A DNA stretch of 37,987 nt from positions 1 through 37,987 of the IMG/VR virus record IMGVR_UViG_3300045988_061944. One strand, given 5' to 3'. The notes below the pieces were generated by a model, which was given only the letters and a program-made list of their open reading frames with translations, was not told the origin of the DNA and did not search any database. Shown piece by piece: positions 14,981 through 23,780 of the stretch (its first letter is position 1; every line of letters starts with the position of its first letter). Source of the DNA: a virus. The position numbers were made by a program, and so were the translations under genes.

Positions 14981-15332
14981 TATCTCAAGAGACAAATACA
15001 ATGAGCTGAAATACTTCTGTTTGCAATACTGGCAGAAAAAGCAGGAGATTGACAGGAACTATGGCATAGACGGTTTTAGTCAGGACGGGATGCCGAGAGG
15101 AACGTCGAGCAGCAACCCAACGGAGAAAAAGGCGTTGCGGATCGCACAGCTTAAGCGTGACACGGAGCTGATCGAGCGGACGGCAATAGAAGCGGATGCA
15201 GAAATACACCCGTGGATCTTGAAAAATGTGACGTCTGGTGTGCCGTATGAATACATGGATGTGCCTATGGGGAGAAAGAAATTTTATGAGGCAAGAAGGT
15301 ACTTTTTTTTCCTTCTGGCACAAAAAAGATAA
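14934..15332 (+). CDS. Putative late-gene transcriptional activator (RinA/ArpU-like by size and position)
   Basis: The last gene before tRNA and terminase. YNELKYFCLQYWQKKQE ... PTEKKALRIAQLKRDTELIE ... KFYEARRYFFFLLA resembles small phage late regulators. An alternative start is ATG 14961. Confidence 0.4.
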   Translation: MPVEIRKRDMKLSDHNISRDKYNELKYFCLQYWQKKQEIDRNYGIDGFSQDGMPRGTSSSNPTEKKALRIAQLKRDTELIERTAIEADAEIHPWILKNVTSGVPYEYMDVPMGRKKFYEARRYFFFLLAQKR

Positions 15333-15418
15333 AATTTTTAAAAAGTGGATAACTAAGAGGGGGTACTTTCGTGATTTAATGGTATCATCGGTTGGTTGAA
15401 AAACTGATGCTGACATGG

Positions 15419-15447
15419 TTGTTACATTTACCTCTGTATTGTATATT
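15419..15447 (+). promoter_or_regulatory. Candidate promoter upstream of the tRNA / late operon
   Basis: TTGTTA (15419-15424), 17-nt spacer ending in TG, TATATT (15442-15447). Confidence 0.35.
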
Positions 15448-15482
15448 TTAACAGCTGCCGGGTCTCAACAGCCTGGCAGCAT

Positions 15483-15554
15483 CGGAACATAGCTCAGCGG
15501 CGAGAGCAGTCTCATGAGTAGACAAGGGCGAAGGTTCGAGTCCTTCTGTTCCGA
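15483..15554 (+). tRNA. tRNA-like gene with canonical acceptor, D and T arms but an aberrant anticodon arm (identity undetermined)
   Basis: Acceptor CGGAACA/TGTTCCG, D arm GCTC-AGCGGCGA-GAGC, T arm GAAGG-TTCGAGT-CCTTC. The only good anticodon helix is GTCT/AGAC, with loop CAUGAGU. Confidence 0.65.
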
Positions 15555-15615
15555 TTTCCCTGACGGGGACATATAAGAATCCTTTCTCAAAAAGAATACT
15601 ACATTTTCCGCAAGA

Positions 15616-15645
15616 AGACATCTGGCAATGCTGGGTGTCTTTTTG
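15616..15645 (+). terminator. Intrinsic terminator after the tRNA
   Basis: Stem AGACATC (15616-15622) / GGTGTCT (15634-15640) followed by TTTTG. Confidence 0.5.
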
Positions 15646-15681
15646 TGTACTTACAAAACGACGAATAAGAGGTGGTGAGGC

Positions 15682-16401
15682 TTGGCAAGAGCACCGGATA
15701 AACGAATAGAACAAGCAAAACAGATGTATTTGCAGGGACAGAAATTAGTTGAGATTGCAAGTCAACTAAATATCCCGGAAGGGACAGTCCGAAGATGGAA
15801 ATGCACGCACAAATGGGAAAACGAGCGTTCGGATATAAAAAGCGAACGTTCGAAAAAGAGAAAAAAAGGCGGTCAGCCGGGGAACAGAAATGCGACGGGC
15901 CCGCCTGGGAATAAGAATGCTGAGAAGTATGGATTCTTCCGGAAATACCTGCCGGAGGAAACACAGGAAATCTTCTCGGCGATTGAACAGGCTGACCCGC
16001 TGGATCTTCTATGGCATCAGATTCAGATCGCATACGCTGCCATTATACGTGCACAGCGTATTGCCTACGTGAAGGATCAGCAGGACAAGACGATCGAAAA
16101 AATAGAAAACAAAGAAGGAAACGTTTTCGGAGAGAAATGGGAAGTACAACAGGCATGGGACAAGCAGAATGAGTTCCTGAAAGCCCAGGCAAGGGCACAG
16201 GGCGAGCTGAGGAACATGATCAAGCAGTATGATGAAATGCTGCATAAAAACTGGGAGGCGGCCAGTGAGGAACAAAAGGCACGTATCCAGCAGTTAAAGG
16301 CACAGGCAGACAAGATCGGCAGGGAAAACGGAAACGAAGACCAGGAAGACGGGGTGGAGATTATCAATGATGCACCAAAAGAAACAGGTACGGATATCTG
16401 A
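15682..16401 (+). CDS. terS: Terminase small subunit (N-terminal HTH)
   Basis: LVEIASQLNIPEGTVRRWK is the HTH. GGQPGNRNATGPPGNKNAEKYGFF is typical of Bacillota phage TerS. TTG start follows AGAGGTGGTGAGG. Confidence 0.8.
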   Translation: MARAPDKRIEQAKQMYLQGQKLVEIASQLNIPEGTVRRWKCTHKWENERSDIKSERSKKRKKGGQPGNRNATGPPGNKNAEKYGFFRKYLPEETQEIFSAIEQADPLDLLWHQIQIAYAAIIRAQRIAYVKDQQDKTIEKIENKEGNVFGEKWEVQQAWDKQNEFLKAQARAQGELRNMIKQYDEMLHKNWEAASEEQKARIQQLKAQADKIGRENGNEDQEDGVEIINDAPKETGTDI

Positions 16402-17719
16402 TATTGTGATCCCGAAGTATCTGCCGGTGTTCAATAACAGGAAGTACAGGCACATTATCCTGACATCGGGGCGGGCCGGCACAAAGTCCAGTTTTGTGGC
16501 AATCCGTGCCAACTATCAGATCATAGCGGACAGCCACGGATCTGTGGTGGTGCTGCGTAAGCATCACAATAAGCTGAGAAAAACAGTGTATAAAGAGATG
16601 CTCCGTGGAATTGGCAGGCTGCAGATACCAAAGAACCGCTTCCGGATCACAAAGTCACCGATGGAGATTAGCTACCGGAAGAACGGTTCGAGCATATACT
16701 TTTCCGGATCAGATGGCATTGACGATACCAAAGGTATCATTGATGAGGACAAGCCGATCAAACTGGTCATCCTGGACGAGCTGACAGAGTTTTTTGAGGA
16801 CGGTGAAGGAGAAGATGAACTGCAGAACATTGAAGCAACGTTCATCCGCGGCAACAGTTCCGGGTTTCAGATGATCTACCTGTTCAATCCACCCAAGAAC
16901 CCGAATGCCCCGATTATGGAATGGCTGAAGAAGATGGAAGAACGCCCGGACTGCATCCACATCCACACAGATTACAGGGATGTACCGGAAGAATGGCTGG
17001 GGCGTGACCTGATCGAGACTGCCGAGACCATGATGCGTCTGGATGAAAAACAATACAGCTGGGTATGGCTGGGAGAGTGTATCGGCGTTGATGAACTGAT
17101 TTATTATATGTTTTCCGGACGGCACAAAGGCAGGCCGGAAGAAGGACAGAAATATAACCTGATCGGCATCGGGGCAGACTACGGACAGCAGAACGCAACG
17201 ACCTATCAGGCCTGCGGTATCAACGAATATCAGTGCCGTCTGGATGGCTTACAGGAGTATTACCATTCGGGCAGGGAAACCGGAAAGCAGAAATCACCAT
17301 CAAAGTATGCGGCTGATTTTGTAGACTTCGTGGAATCCCTGCAAGAGGCATATGGTTGCAACATCTTCTACCTGTACTTAGACCCATCGGCACGGGGACT
17401 GCAGGAAGAAATCAAGAGAACCTGCCGACAGAGAGGCCTGGCCATACATTTCAAGGATGCACAGAATGAGGTCGCACTTGGGATTGCCAGGGTTCAGAAA
17501 CTGCTGACTTATGGGATTTTGCGGATATCGCCGGAGCAGAAGCACTTGATCGAAGAATTTGGCTTATATGAATACGACAGGAAACTATTAGATAAGGGCA
17601 GAGAAGTACCGGTAAAAGAGCACGACCATTGCCTCGATGCCCTGAGGTATCTGGTCATGGGGCTCTGGAACAGGGTGAAGCGGTTCCTGCCAAAGGAAGA
17701 AAGGGAGGACAGAAATTGA
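16367..17719 (+). CDS. terL: Terminase large subunit (PBSX-type)
   Basis: Walker A SGRAGTKS and Walker B LVILDE. C-terminal nuclease-like HDHCLDALRY. Confidence 0.9.
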   Translation: MMHQKKQVRISDIVIPKYLPVFNNRKYRHIILTSGRAGTKSSFVAIRANYQIIADSHGSVVVLRKHHNKLRKTVYKEMLRGIGRLQIPKNRFRITKSPMEISYRKNGSSIYFSGSDGIDDTKGIIDEDKPIKLVILDELTEFFEDGEGEDELQNIEATFIRGNSSGFQMIYLFNPPKNPNAPIMEWLKKMEERPDCIHIHTDYRDVPEEWLGRDLIETAETMMRLDEKQYSWVWLGECIGVDELIYYMFSGRHKGRPEEGQKYNLIGIGADYGQQNATTYQACGINEYQCRLDGLQEYYHSGRETGKQKSPSKYAADFVDFVESLQEAYGCNIFYLYLDPSARGLQEEIKRTCRQRGLAIHFKDAQNEVALGIARVQKLLTYGILRISPEQKHLIEEFGLYEYDRKLLDKGREVPVKEHDHCLDALRYLVMGLWNRVKRFLPKEEREDRN

Positions 17720-19137
17720 ATATTTTTCAATATTTTCGAAAGAAGGGAATCAATACGCTCCCTTCTTCTTTTTACGGAAAAATAGCGGAGTGGGAGAGCT
17801 GGTATAACGGAAATGTGAAACGGTTCACTTTCTACCGTGTGTATACCGGCAGGGGATGCTATAGCAGATGCAAGCGTCACAGCCTCGGCATGGCGAAGAA
17901 AGTCTGTGAGGATATGGCAGATCTGCTGCTGAACGAACGTGTGACGATCGTACTGGATGACCAGAGAACGGATGCATTTGTTCGTCAGATCTTGCAGGAC
18001 AACCATTTTGACACACTTGGAAATGAATACCAGGAACGAAAGGCGTGCTCTGGAACCGTTGCCTATGTTCCGTGTATCGAGGACTTGCAGAGCGGTCTGC
18101 TGGGCGAAGTGACCGGCGGAAGAATCAAGATCAATTATGTGACTGCAAAAAATATCTTCCCGGTCAGTTGGGAAAACGGAAAGATTCAGGAAGTAATATT
18201 TGCATTTCCGAAAACCTATTGCACAAAGAGATATCTGCACTTGCAGCATCACAAGGTCGGCTGGGATGGAAATTACCGCATTGAAAATACCGTACTGCTG
18301 GTGACGGCAGGTTCGACCTGCGGGCAGGAGCTTACCGAAGAAGAGTGGCAGGAGGTTCCAATCTTTGCCGGGCTTCCGGAAGAGATCGAGACAGGATCAG
18401 CAGAGCCGCAATTTGTGATTGACAGGCTGAACATGGTCAACAATGCCGATATGGAAGACGAGGAGAACCCAATGGGTATCAGTCTTTTTGCGAACAGCAT
18501 CGACATACTGCGGAAGATTGACACAGAATATGATTCTTATGCCAACGAGTTCGGGCTTGGACGTAAGAGGATTTTTTTGGCTCCGGAGATGCTGACGGAT
18601 GAGAACGGCAACAAGGTTTTTGATGAGAATGACACGGTATTCTATAGCCTGCCGGAAGAAACCTTGAAAGATACAAACCCGATCTATGAAGTCAACATGG
18701 AGCTGCGTACAGAGCAGCACAGCAAGGCTTTAAACGATGACCTGAATTACCTGTCCATGAAATGCGGATTCGGGACAGAACGCTATAAGTTCGAAAAGGG
18801 GACGGTTGCAACGGCAACGCAGGTGATTTCGGAAAACAGTGATATGTACCGGAGTCTGTGCAAGCATGAAATCGTGCTGCAGAGTGCCCTGGAAGAACTG
18901 ATCCGCATCATCATCCGTCTTGGTATTACCCTCGGTGAACCACTGAAAGAGGACGTAGAAGTCACAATCAACTTCGATGATTCGATTATCGAGGACAAGG
19001 AGGCAGAACGCCAGAGAGACCGGCAGGACGTTTCTATGGGAGCTATGGGAGTAGATGAGTACCGGGCAAAATGGTTCGGTGAAACACTGGAACAGGCAAG
19101 AAAGAACCTGCCAGTCCAGAACACCGTAATGGAGTGA
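17716..19137 (+). CDS. Portal protein (SPP1 gp6-like)
   Basis: Position after TerL and size of 473 aa. TTG start 7 nt after GGGAGG overlaps the terL stop (TTGA); the ORF track starts at 17629. Confidence 0.8.
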   Translation: MNIFQYFRKKGINTLPSSFYGKIAEWESWYNGNVKRFTFYRVYTGRGCYSRCKRHSLGMAKKVCEDMADLLLNERVTIVLDDQRTDAFVRQILQDNHFDTLGNEYQERKACSGTVAYVPCIEDLQSGLLGEVTGGRIKINYVTAKNIFPVSWENGKIQEVIFAFPKTYCTKRYLHLQHHKVGWDGNYRIENTVLLVTAGSTCGQELTEEEWQEVPIFAGLPEEIETGSAEPQFVIDRLNMVNNADMEDEENPMGISLFANSIDILRKIDTEYDSYANEFGLGRKRIFLAPEMLTDENGNKVFDENDTVFYSLPEETLKDTNPIYEVNMELRTEQHSKALNDDLNYLSMKCGFGTERYKFEKGTVATATQVISENSDMYRSLCKHEIVLQSALEELIRIIIRLGITLGEPLKEDVEVTINFDDSIIEDKEAERQRDRQDVSMGAMGVDEYRAKWFGETLEQARKNLPVQNTVME

Positions 19138-19141
19138 TGCC

Positions 19142-20863
19142 ATGGCAGAAGAGAGAACCGCACCGGATGTGCAGCGGATGGGATTGCAGGCTGAGAAGAT
19201 CTGGCGGGAAGCCGAGCGGCGTATCATGGAAGATGTCATCCGCAGGATCAGGAAGACCGGCGAGATCACATCAACGGCAGACTACCAGATCAACCGGCTG
19301 ATTGAGATGGGCAAGTCCAGGGAAGAGGTTGAGCGGATCATCAAGGAAGCACTGGGAGCGACCTGGGCAGAAATGTTTGAGATGTATGACAAGGTAGCGG
19401 AATGGGAATATGTCCGCAACCGGGAGATCTATGAACAGGTCAATGATGATTTCCTGGCACCAGAGGACAACAAGTGGCTGCAACAGCTCACAGAAGCGAC
19501 AAAGAAGCAGACGAAAGACACACTCGTTAATATGGCACAGAGCTACGGATTTTCGATCCTAATGGCAGGAAAGCGAGTGTTCACACCATTTGCCGAGTAC
19601 TACCAGAAATACGTGGACACGGCCATCCAGGACGTTGTGACGGGCGGCACAGACTACAACTCGGCGATCCGGAAAGTCGTCACCCAGATGACGAACAGCG
19701 GGCTGAGGGTGGTGGATTATGCTTCCGGGCATACGAACCGGGCAGACGTGGCAGCACGCAGAGCCGTCCTTACGGGCGTGAACCAGATTACGGCACAGGT
19801 CAGTGAGCACAACGCAGAAAAACTCGATACAGAGTATTTTGAAGTGTCCTGGCACCCATGTGCAAGACCAGATCACCAGACATGGCAGGGCAGGGTGTTC
19901 AGCAAGAAGGAATTAGGGACGGTCTGCGGATACGGAACCGTCACAGGATTGTGTGGTGCCAACTGCCGGCATACGTTCCACCCGTTCATTCCTGGCGTTT
20001 CTGAAAGACTCTATCCGGATGACTGGCTGGAAGAGCAGAACAAAAGGGAAGCCCAGACAAAAGAATGGAACGGCAGGCAGCTCAATGCCTACGAACAGAC
20101 CCAGCAGCAGAGGAAGATGGAGACCGCCATGCGTGCCCAGCGTCAGAAGATACGGCTGTTGCAGGAAGCAGGAGCCGACAAGGACGACATCATGCTGGAA
20201 AAAGCAAAGTACCAGGGACAGCTGAACGAGTATAAGCAGTTCAGCAAGAAGATGGGACTTCCGGAACAGCGTGAGAGAATCTATCAGGATGGACTGGGCA
20301 AGGTAGCGACCAACACGAAACAGCAGAACGCACGCTATACACCGGAGATGATGCGGAATGCTAAGATTGATTCGAACCAGTACGAACGGTACAAGGAAGT
20401 GCTGAAAGAAGATGCTGGAAGTCTTGCGGATTTCAGGCAGATGAAGTATAATGACCCTGAAAAATGGAAGTTCGTCGAAATGGATTATCAAAGACAAAAG
20501 GAGCTTCTGGAACATCCAGAGCTTAAACTACCGAATGCAGAAACGGCTATTTTACCAGAGCCTAAGTTTACGAAATATCTTTTTGATGAAAACAGTCAAA
20601 AAGGGTATCCAAAGGGAAGAGCCTTTACAGATCGCTTGGGCTATGAAATGGGAAATTGGCAGGAACTTCAAAAAGCGTTAAAACAGGGAGCTGTGAAATA
20701 TCCGGCTCAGTATGTTGATAATAATGGATACGGCGACAGATATGTCCAGAAGATGATTCTTTATGGTAAAAAAGAAACACCAGCAAATGTAGTTGTAGCA
20801 TGGCTCAGGACGGAAGATGGCACAACAAAGTTGACTAGTGCGTACATTAAGGAGGCGAAGTAA
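19142..20863 (+). CDS. MuF / SPP1 gp7-like minor head protein with C-terminal DUF6883-like extension
   Basis: MuF core HTNRADVAARRAVLTGVNQ...WHPCARPDHQTWQGRVF...CRHTFHPF. Last ~110 aa: KFTKYLFDENSQKGYPKGRAFTDRLGY...GYGDRYVQKMILYG...VVVAWLRTEDGTTKLTSAYI. Confidence 0.8.
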   Translation: MAEERTAPDVQRMGLQAEKIWREAERRIMEDVIRRIRKTGEITSTADYQINRLIEMGKSREEVERIIKEALGATWAEMFEMYDKVAEWEYVRNREIYEQVNDDFLAPEDNKWLQQLTEATKKQTKDTLVNMAQSYGFSILMAGKRVFTPFAEYYQKYVDTAIQDVVTGGTDYNSAIRKVVTQMTNSGLRVVDYASGHTNRADVAARRAVLTGVNQITAQVSEHNAEKLDTEYFEVSWHPCARPDHQTWQGRVFSKKELGTVCGYGTVTGLCGANCRHTFHPFIPGVSERLYPDDWLEEQNKREAQTKEWNGRQLNAYEQTQQQRKMETAMRAQRQKIRLLQEAGADKDDIMLEKAKYQGQLNEYKQFSKKMGLPEQRERIYQDGLGKVATNTKQQNARYTPEMMRNAKIDSNQYERYKEVLKEDAGSLADFRQMKYNDPEKWKFVEMDYQRQKELLEHPELKLPNAETAILPEPKFTKYLFDENSQKGYPKGRAFTDRLGYEMGNWQELQKALKQGAVKYPAQYVDNNGYGDRYVQKMILYGKKETPANVVVAWLRTEDGTTKLTSAYIKEAK

Positions 20864-21031
20864 ATGCTCATAAAGGAATATGACACAATTCTTCTAAAAG
20901 ATGGACGAAAAGCAGCAGTTGTGGAGATATTAGACGATACGCATTTTCTGGTAGATGTGGGTGATTCGCCTACAGATTGGGATACTATTGATGCAACTAT
21001 TGATGATATAGTGAAAGTTATTGACAACTAA
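20864..21031 (+). CDS. 55-aa DUF4926-like protein (candidate cognate immunity/antitoxin partner)
   Basis: Absent from the ORF track. AAGGAGG lies 8 nt upstream and the ATG directly abuts the MuF stop. Sequence MLIKEYDTILLKDGRKAAVVEILDDTHFLVDVGDSPTDWDTIDATIDDIVKVIDN. Confidence 0.55.
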   Translation: MLIKEYDTILLKDGRKAAVVEILDDTHFLVDVGDSPTDWDTIDATIDDIVKVIDN

Positions 21032-21045
21032 GAAAAATAAGTATT

Positions 21046-21076
21046 TACCACTGGTCTTTCGACTGGTGGTATTTTT
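21046..21076 (+). terminator. Strong intrinsic terminator
   Basis: 11-bp stem TACCACTGGTC / GACTGGTGGTA (two G-U pairs), loop TTTC, followed by T5. Confidence 0.7.
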
Positions 21077-21094
21077 GTACCCATTTTTAAGGAG

Positions 21095-21904
21095 GTGAGA
21101 AACATAAAAAGCAAAACTTACGAAGAATTTGTCGAAAAATTCAAACCGAAGAAAACGACAGACGACTGCTATACGCCATCGGAGATATACGAAGTCATAA
21201 AGGACTGGGTGTGCAAACGTTACAATATTGATCCTGAGAACGTGATTCGCCCATTCTGGCCGGGCGGCGATTACGAAAAAGACGAATATCCGCCGGGATG
21301 TGTGGTGGTGGACAACCCGCCTTTTTCCATCCTGAAAAATATATGTGAATTTTATCTGGAACGGGGCATCCCGTTCTTTTTGTTTGCCCCGTCACTCACA
21401 GCATTATCTGGTAAGACCACTTGGAACAGAATGAACCATATTGTGTGCGACTGCACGATCGAATACGAAAACGGTGCAACTGTGAAGACATCGTTTATTA
21501 CCAGTTTCGAACCGGAAACGGTAGCAGAGACATCACCGGAGCTGACAAAGCTGGTGAATGATACAACAGAAAAGCTGAGGCAGGAAAAGACACGGAAATT
21601 GTCAAAGTATGATTATCCGGATCATATCGTTACCGCTGCCATGATGCAGAAAATGGCACGCTACGGCGTGCATTTCAGGGTAAGGCGTGAAGAATGCCAG
21701 CATGTGCGAAGCCTGGACGCCCAAAGGGCCATGAAAAAAACGATTTACGGGGCAGGGCTTCTGCTGTCAGACCAGGCGGCAGCCAGGAAGCAGAACGCAG
21801 AAAAGCAGGCAGCAGAAAAGCAGGCAGAGGATACCATCTGTTATGAACTTTCAGAACGCGAGAGGGAACTGGTGGAAGAATTAAATAAATCAACACTGTA
21901 TTAA
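21095..21904 (+). CDS. Putative orphan N6-adenine DNA methyltransferase-like protein (DNPPF motif)
   Basis: Contains TDDCYTP and VVVDNPPFS (motif IV-like). The start is uncertain: GTG 21095 lies inside the SD AAGGAGGTG, and the codon with correct spacing is ATA 21104. Confidence 0.5.
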   Translation: MRNIKSKTYEEFVEKFKPKKTTDDCYTPSEIYEVIKDWVCKRYNIDPENVIRPFWPGGDYEKDEYPPGCVVVDNPPFSILKNICEFYLERGIPFFLFAPSLTALSGKTTWNRMNHIVCDCTIEYENGATVKTSFITSFEPETVAETSPELTKLVNDTTEKLRQEKTRKLSKYDYPDHIVTAAMMQKMARYGVHFRVRREECQHVRSLDAQRAMKKTIYGAGLLLSDQAAARKQNAEKQAAEKQAEDTICYELSERERELVEELNKSTLY

Positions 21905-21922
21905 GAAAGCGAGGATGAAAAC

Positions 21923-22207
21923 ATGATTATTACAGGAATGGCACATTTTGAAAGCGTTTGTAAAAAGAAACTGGTTGATTGGTACAACGAGAATGGTTTT
22001 GCCGATACACCGGTAACGCCGCCAATTGACTTATCTAACGTATTCGTAGTATGGAGCTGCAAGACTTTACAGAATTACAAATGTCTTGTATCTACTACGG
22101 TGAGCGGTGATGGTATCTATGCAGAGTATACATACAACGGTGATAAGCAGGAACTTTACGAAGATGTGTACAAGAAAGTGACAAATACATGCTATACGGA
22201 GGAATAA
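21923..22207 (+). CDS. Hypothetical protein
   Basis: 94-aa ORF with RBS GCGAGGATGAAAAC before the ATG. Confidence 0.6.
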   Translation: MIITGMAHFESVCKKKLVDWYNENGFADTPVTPPIDLSNVFVVWSCKTLQNYKCLVSTTVSGDGIYAEYTYNGDKQELYEDVYKKVTNTCYTEE

Positions 22208-22210
22208 GTG

Positions 22211-22597
22211 ATGAAAAGAAAAATAGCAGCATTGCTGGTAATGATAGCAGTGAGTTGTTTTACAATGACTGGATGCACAGAAGCGGATCAGGTAAGTACA
22301 AATATCTCCAAGGAAGCTGATAACTTCAATGTAACGCGAAAACTTACCGTTCTGAATGCACGAACAGATACTATTTTGCTTGAACTGACCGGAACGTTTG
22401 CACTGAAAAATAATTCAGACAACGAACTGGAAGTAATTATTGAAACAGCAGAAGGGAAATATCAGAAAGATTATGTATATCTTAATAATTACACCATGTA
22501 TGTTGTTGAAGATATCTCAGGGGCTGAGGTAGATAAGTATCATTACGAGATTAACTTTCTTCCAGAGTTCGGACTTAAGGTTACACACGATGACTGA
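22211..22597 (+). CDS. Lipoprotein of unknown function
   Basis: MKRKIAALLVMIAVSCFTMTGC is a signal peptide with a lipobox-like Cys. ATG 22211 lies 7 nt after GGAGGA. Confidence 0.7.
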   Translation: MKRKIAALLVMIAVSCFTMTGCTEADQVSTNISKEADNFNVTRKLTVLNARTDTILLELTGTFALKNNSDNELEVIIETAEGKYQKDYVYLNNYTMYVVEDISGAEVDKYHYEINFLPEFGLKVTHDD

Positions 22598-22799
22598 ACA
22601 CTACACCGTCACAAAAGACGCGGACAGGCTTGCACCGAACTGGCTGGCGAGCCGGATCAATTACAAGACAATCAAATTATTATACCGGGACAAAGACGGA
22701 CACGCAGAGTTGAAGGGGGTGAAGATTGGCGATGAAGTGGCACAGATTGGCGACACGGTACAGTTCAACGGCAGACGGTTATCCGTAGGAAGGCGGTGA
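22590..22799 (+). CDS. Hypothetical protein
   Basis: 69-aa ORF overlapping the upstream gene by 8 nt. Confidence 0.5.
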   Translation: MTEHYTVTKDADRLAPNWLASRINYKTIKLLYRDKDGHAELKGVKIGDEVAQIGDTVQFNGRRLSVGRR

Positions 22800-22806
22800 G
22801 AAAAGC

Positions 22807-23094
22807 ATGATAACCATTAAAATGACGGAGCACAGTATCCGGATGACCGGTCACGCCGGGACACATTCCGAGAGCGGTGCTGACCGTGCATGTGCGGCGG
22901 TATCCGCACTGACCTGCAACCTGGTCAATTCACTGCATGATCTGACGCAGGACAAGATACGGGCGGAATTAAGCAGTGGAGATGCAGACATCCGGTGGGA
23001 TCGCCTGTCAGAACAGGGAAAGCTGTTGATGGATTCGTGGTTTCTTGGAATCACGGAGATCAACCGGGAATACAACTGCATACAGTTTCAGTAA
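22807..23094 (+). CDS. prp: Prp-like (DUF464) cysteine protease
   Basis: MTGHAGTHSESGADRACAAVSAL matches the GHAG...D.VCAAVS His/Cys context of ribosomal-processing protease Prp. It sits directly upstream of scaffold and capsid. Confidence 0.7.
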   Translation: MITIKMTEHSIRMTGHAGTHSESGADRACAAVSALTCNLVNSLHDLTQDKIRAELSSGDADIRWDRLSEQGKLLMDSWFLGITEINREYNCIQFQ

Positions 23095-23177
23095 CGGGCA
23101 CCCTGTGAGGTGCTTTTCTTATGCCCAAAACATGAAGGCGTTAAAAGCTTGGGAAAATCTCGAAGGAGGAAAACACA

Positions 23178-23780
23178 ATGTATAAAAAAATGAATTTAAG
23201 GCTCTTTGAGGACGGCAATGCAGGAGGAGCCGGCTCTGCTGGACAGGGTGACGGTGCCGGGAATGGAGACGGCGGCCATACGGGAAACGCCGGGGCAACA
23301 TATAGTTATGAACAGGCGGAAGAGATTGCAAACGCAAGGGCAGGCAAAGCGGAACGTGCGGCACTTGCCAATTATTTCAGACGCCAGGGCATGACGGAGG
23401 AAGAAATCACGACAGCAATCAGTGATTTCAAAGCAAAGAGACAGGCGAGTAAGCCGGATGTGGCTGCCATCGAAAAAGAACGCGATGACGCAAAAAAAGA
23501 ACTGGAATCGTACAAACAGAAAGACATCCTGAAAGAAAACGGTGTAGATGCAAAGTACACAGATTTTGTGTTGTTTGAGGTATCGAAGAAAGTGGATGAC
23601 AAGACCGATTTCAAAACAGCTTTAAAAGCGTTTCTGAAAGATAACCCGCATTATGCAGGTGGCGGTTATCGTGTGAACACACAGACAAAACAGAATGGGG
23701 CGGCAGGATCCGGAGGCACAGCCGGAAACAATACCAATGATTTTGTTAATTCCTTAATCAGAAAGGCGGCAAGAAGATGA
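23178..23780 (+). CDS. Scaffolding protein with L27-like N-terminal propeptide motif
   Basis: MYKKMNLRLFEDG, then a Gly/Ala-rich linker and a helical charged body. Position before the capsid gene. Confidence 0.75.
   Translation: MYKKMNLRLFEDGNAGGAGSAGQGDGAGNGDGGHTGNAGATYSYEQAEEIANARAGKAERAALANYFRRQGMTEEEITTAISDFKAKRQASKPDVAAIEKERDDAKKELESYKQKDILKENGVDAKYTDFVLFEVSKKVDDKTDFKTALKAFLKDNPHYAGGGYRVNTQTKQNGAAGSGGTAGNNTNDFVNSLIRKAARR

Noticed and set aside
15483-15554. The tRNA-like gene as a stop-codon suppressor, implying recoding of the late genes.
   Set aside because: All late genes are long uninterrupted ORFs in the standard code. No register places CUA, UCA or UUA at positions 34-36 with a paired stem.
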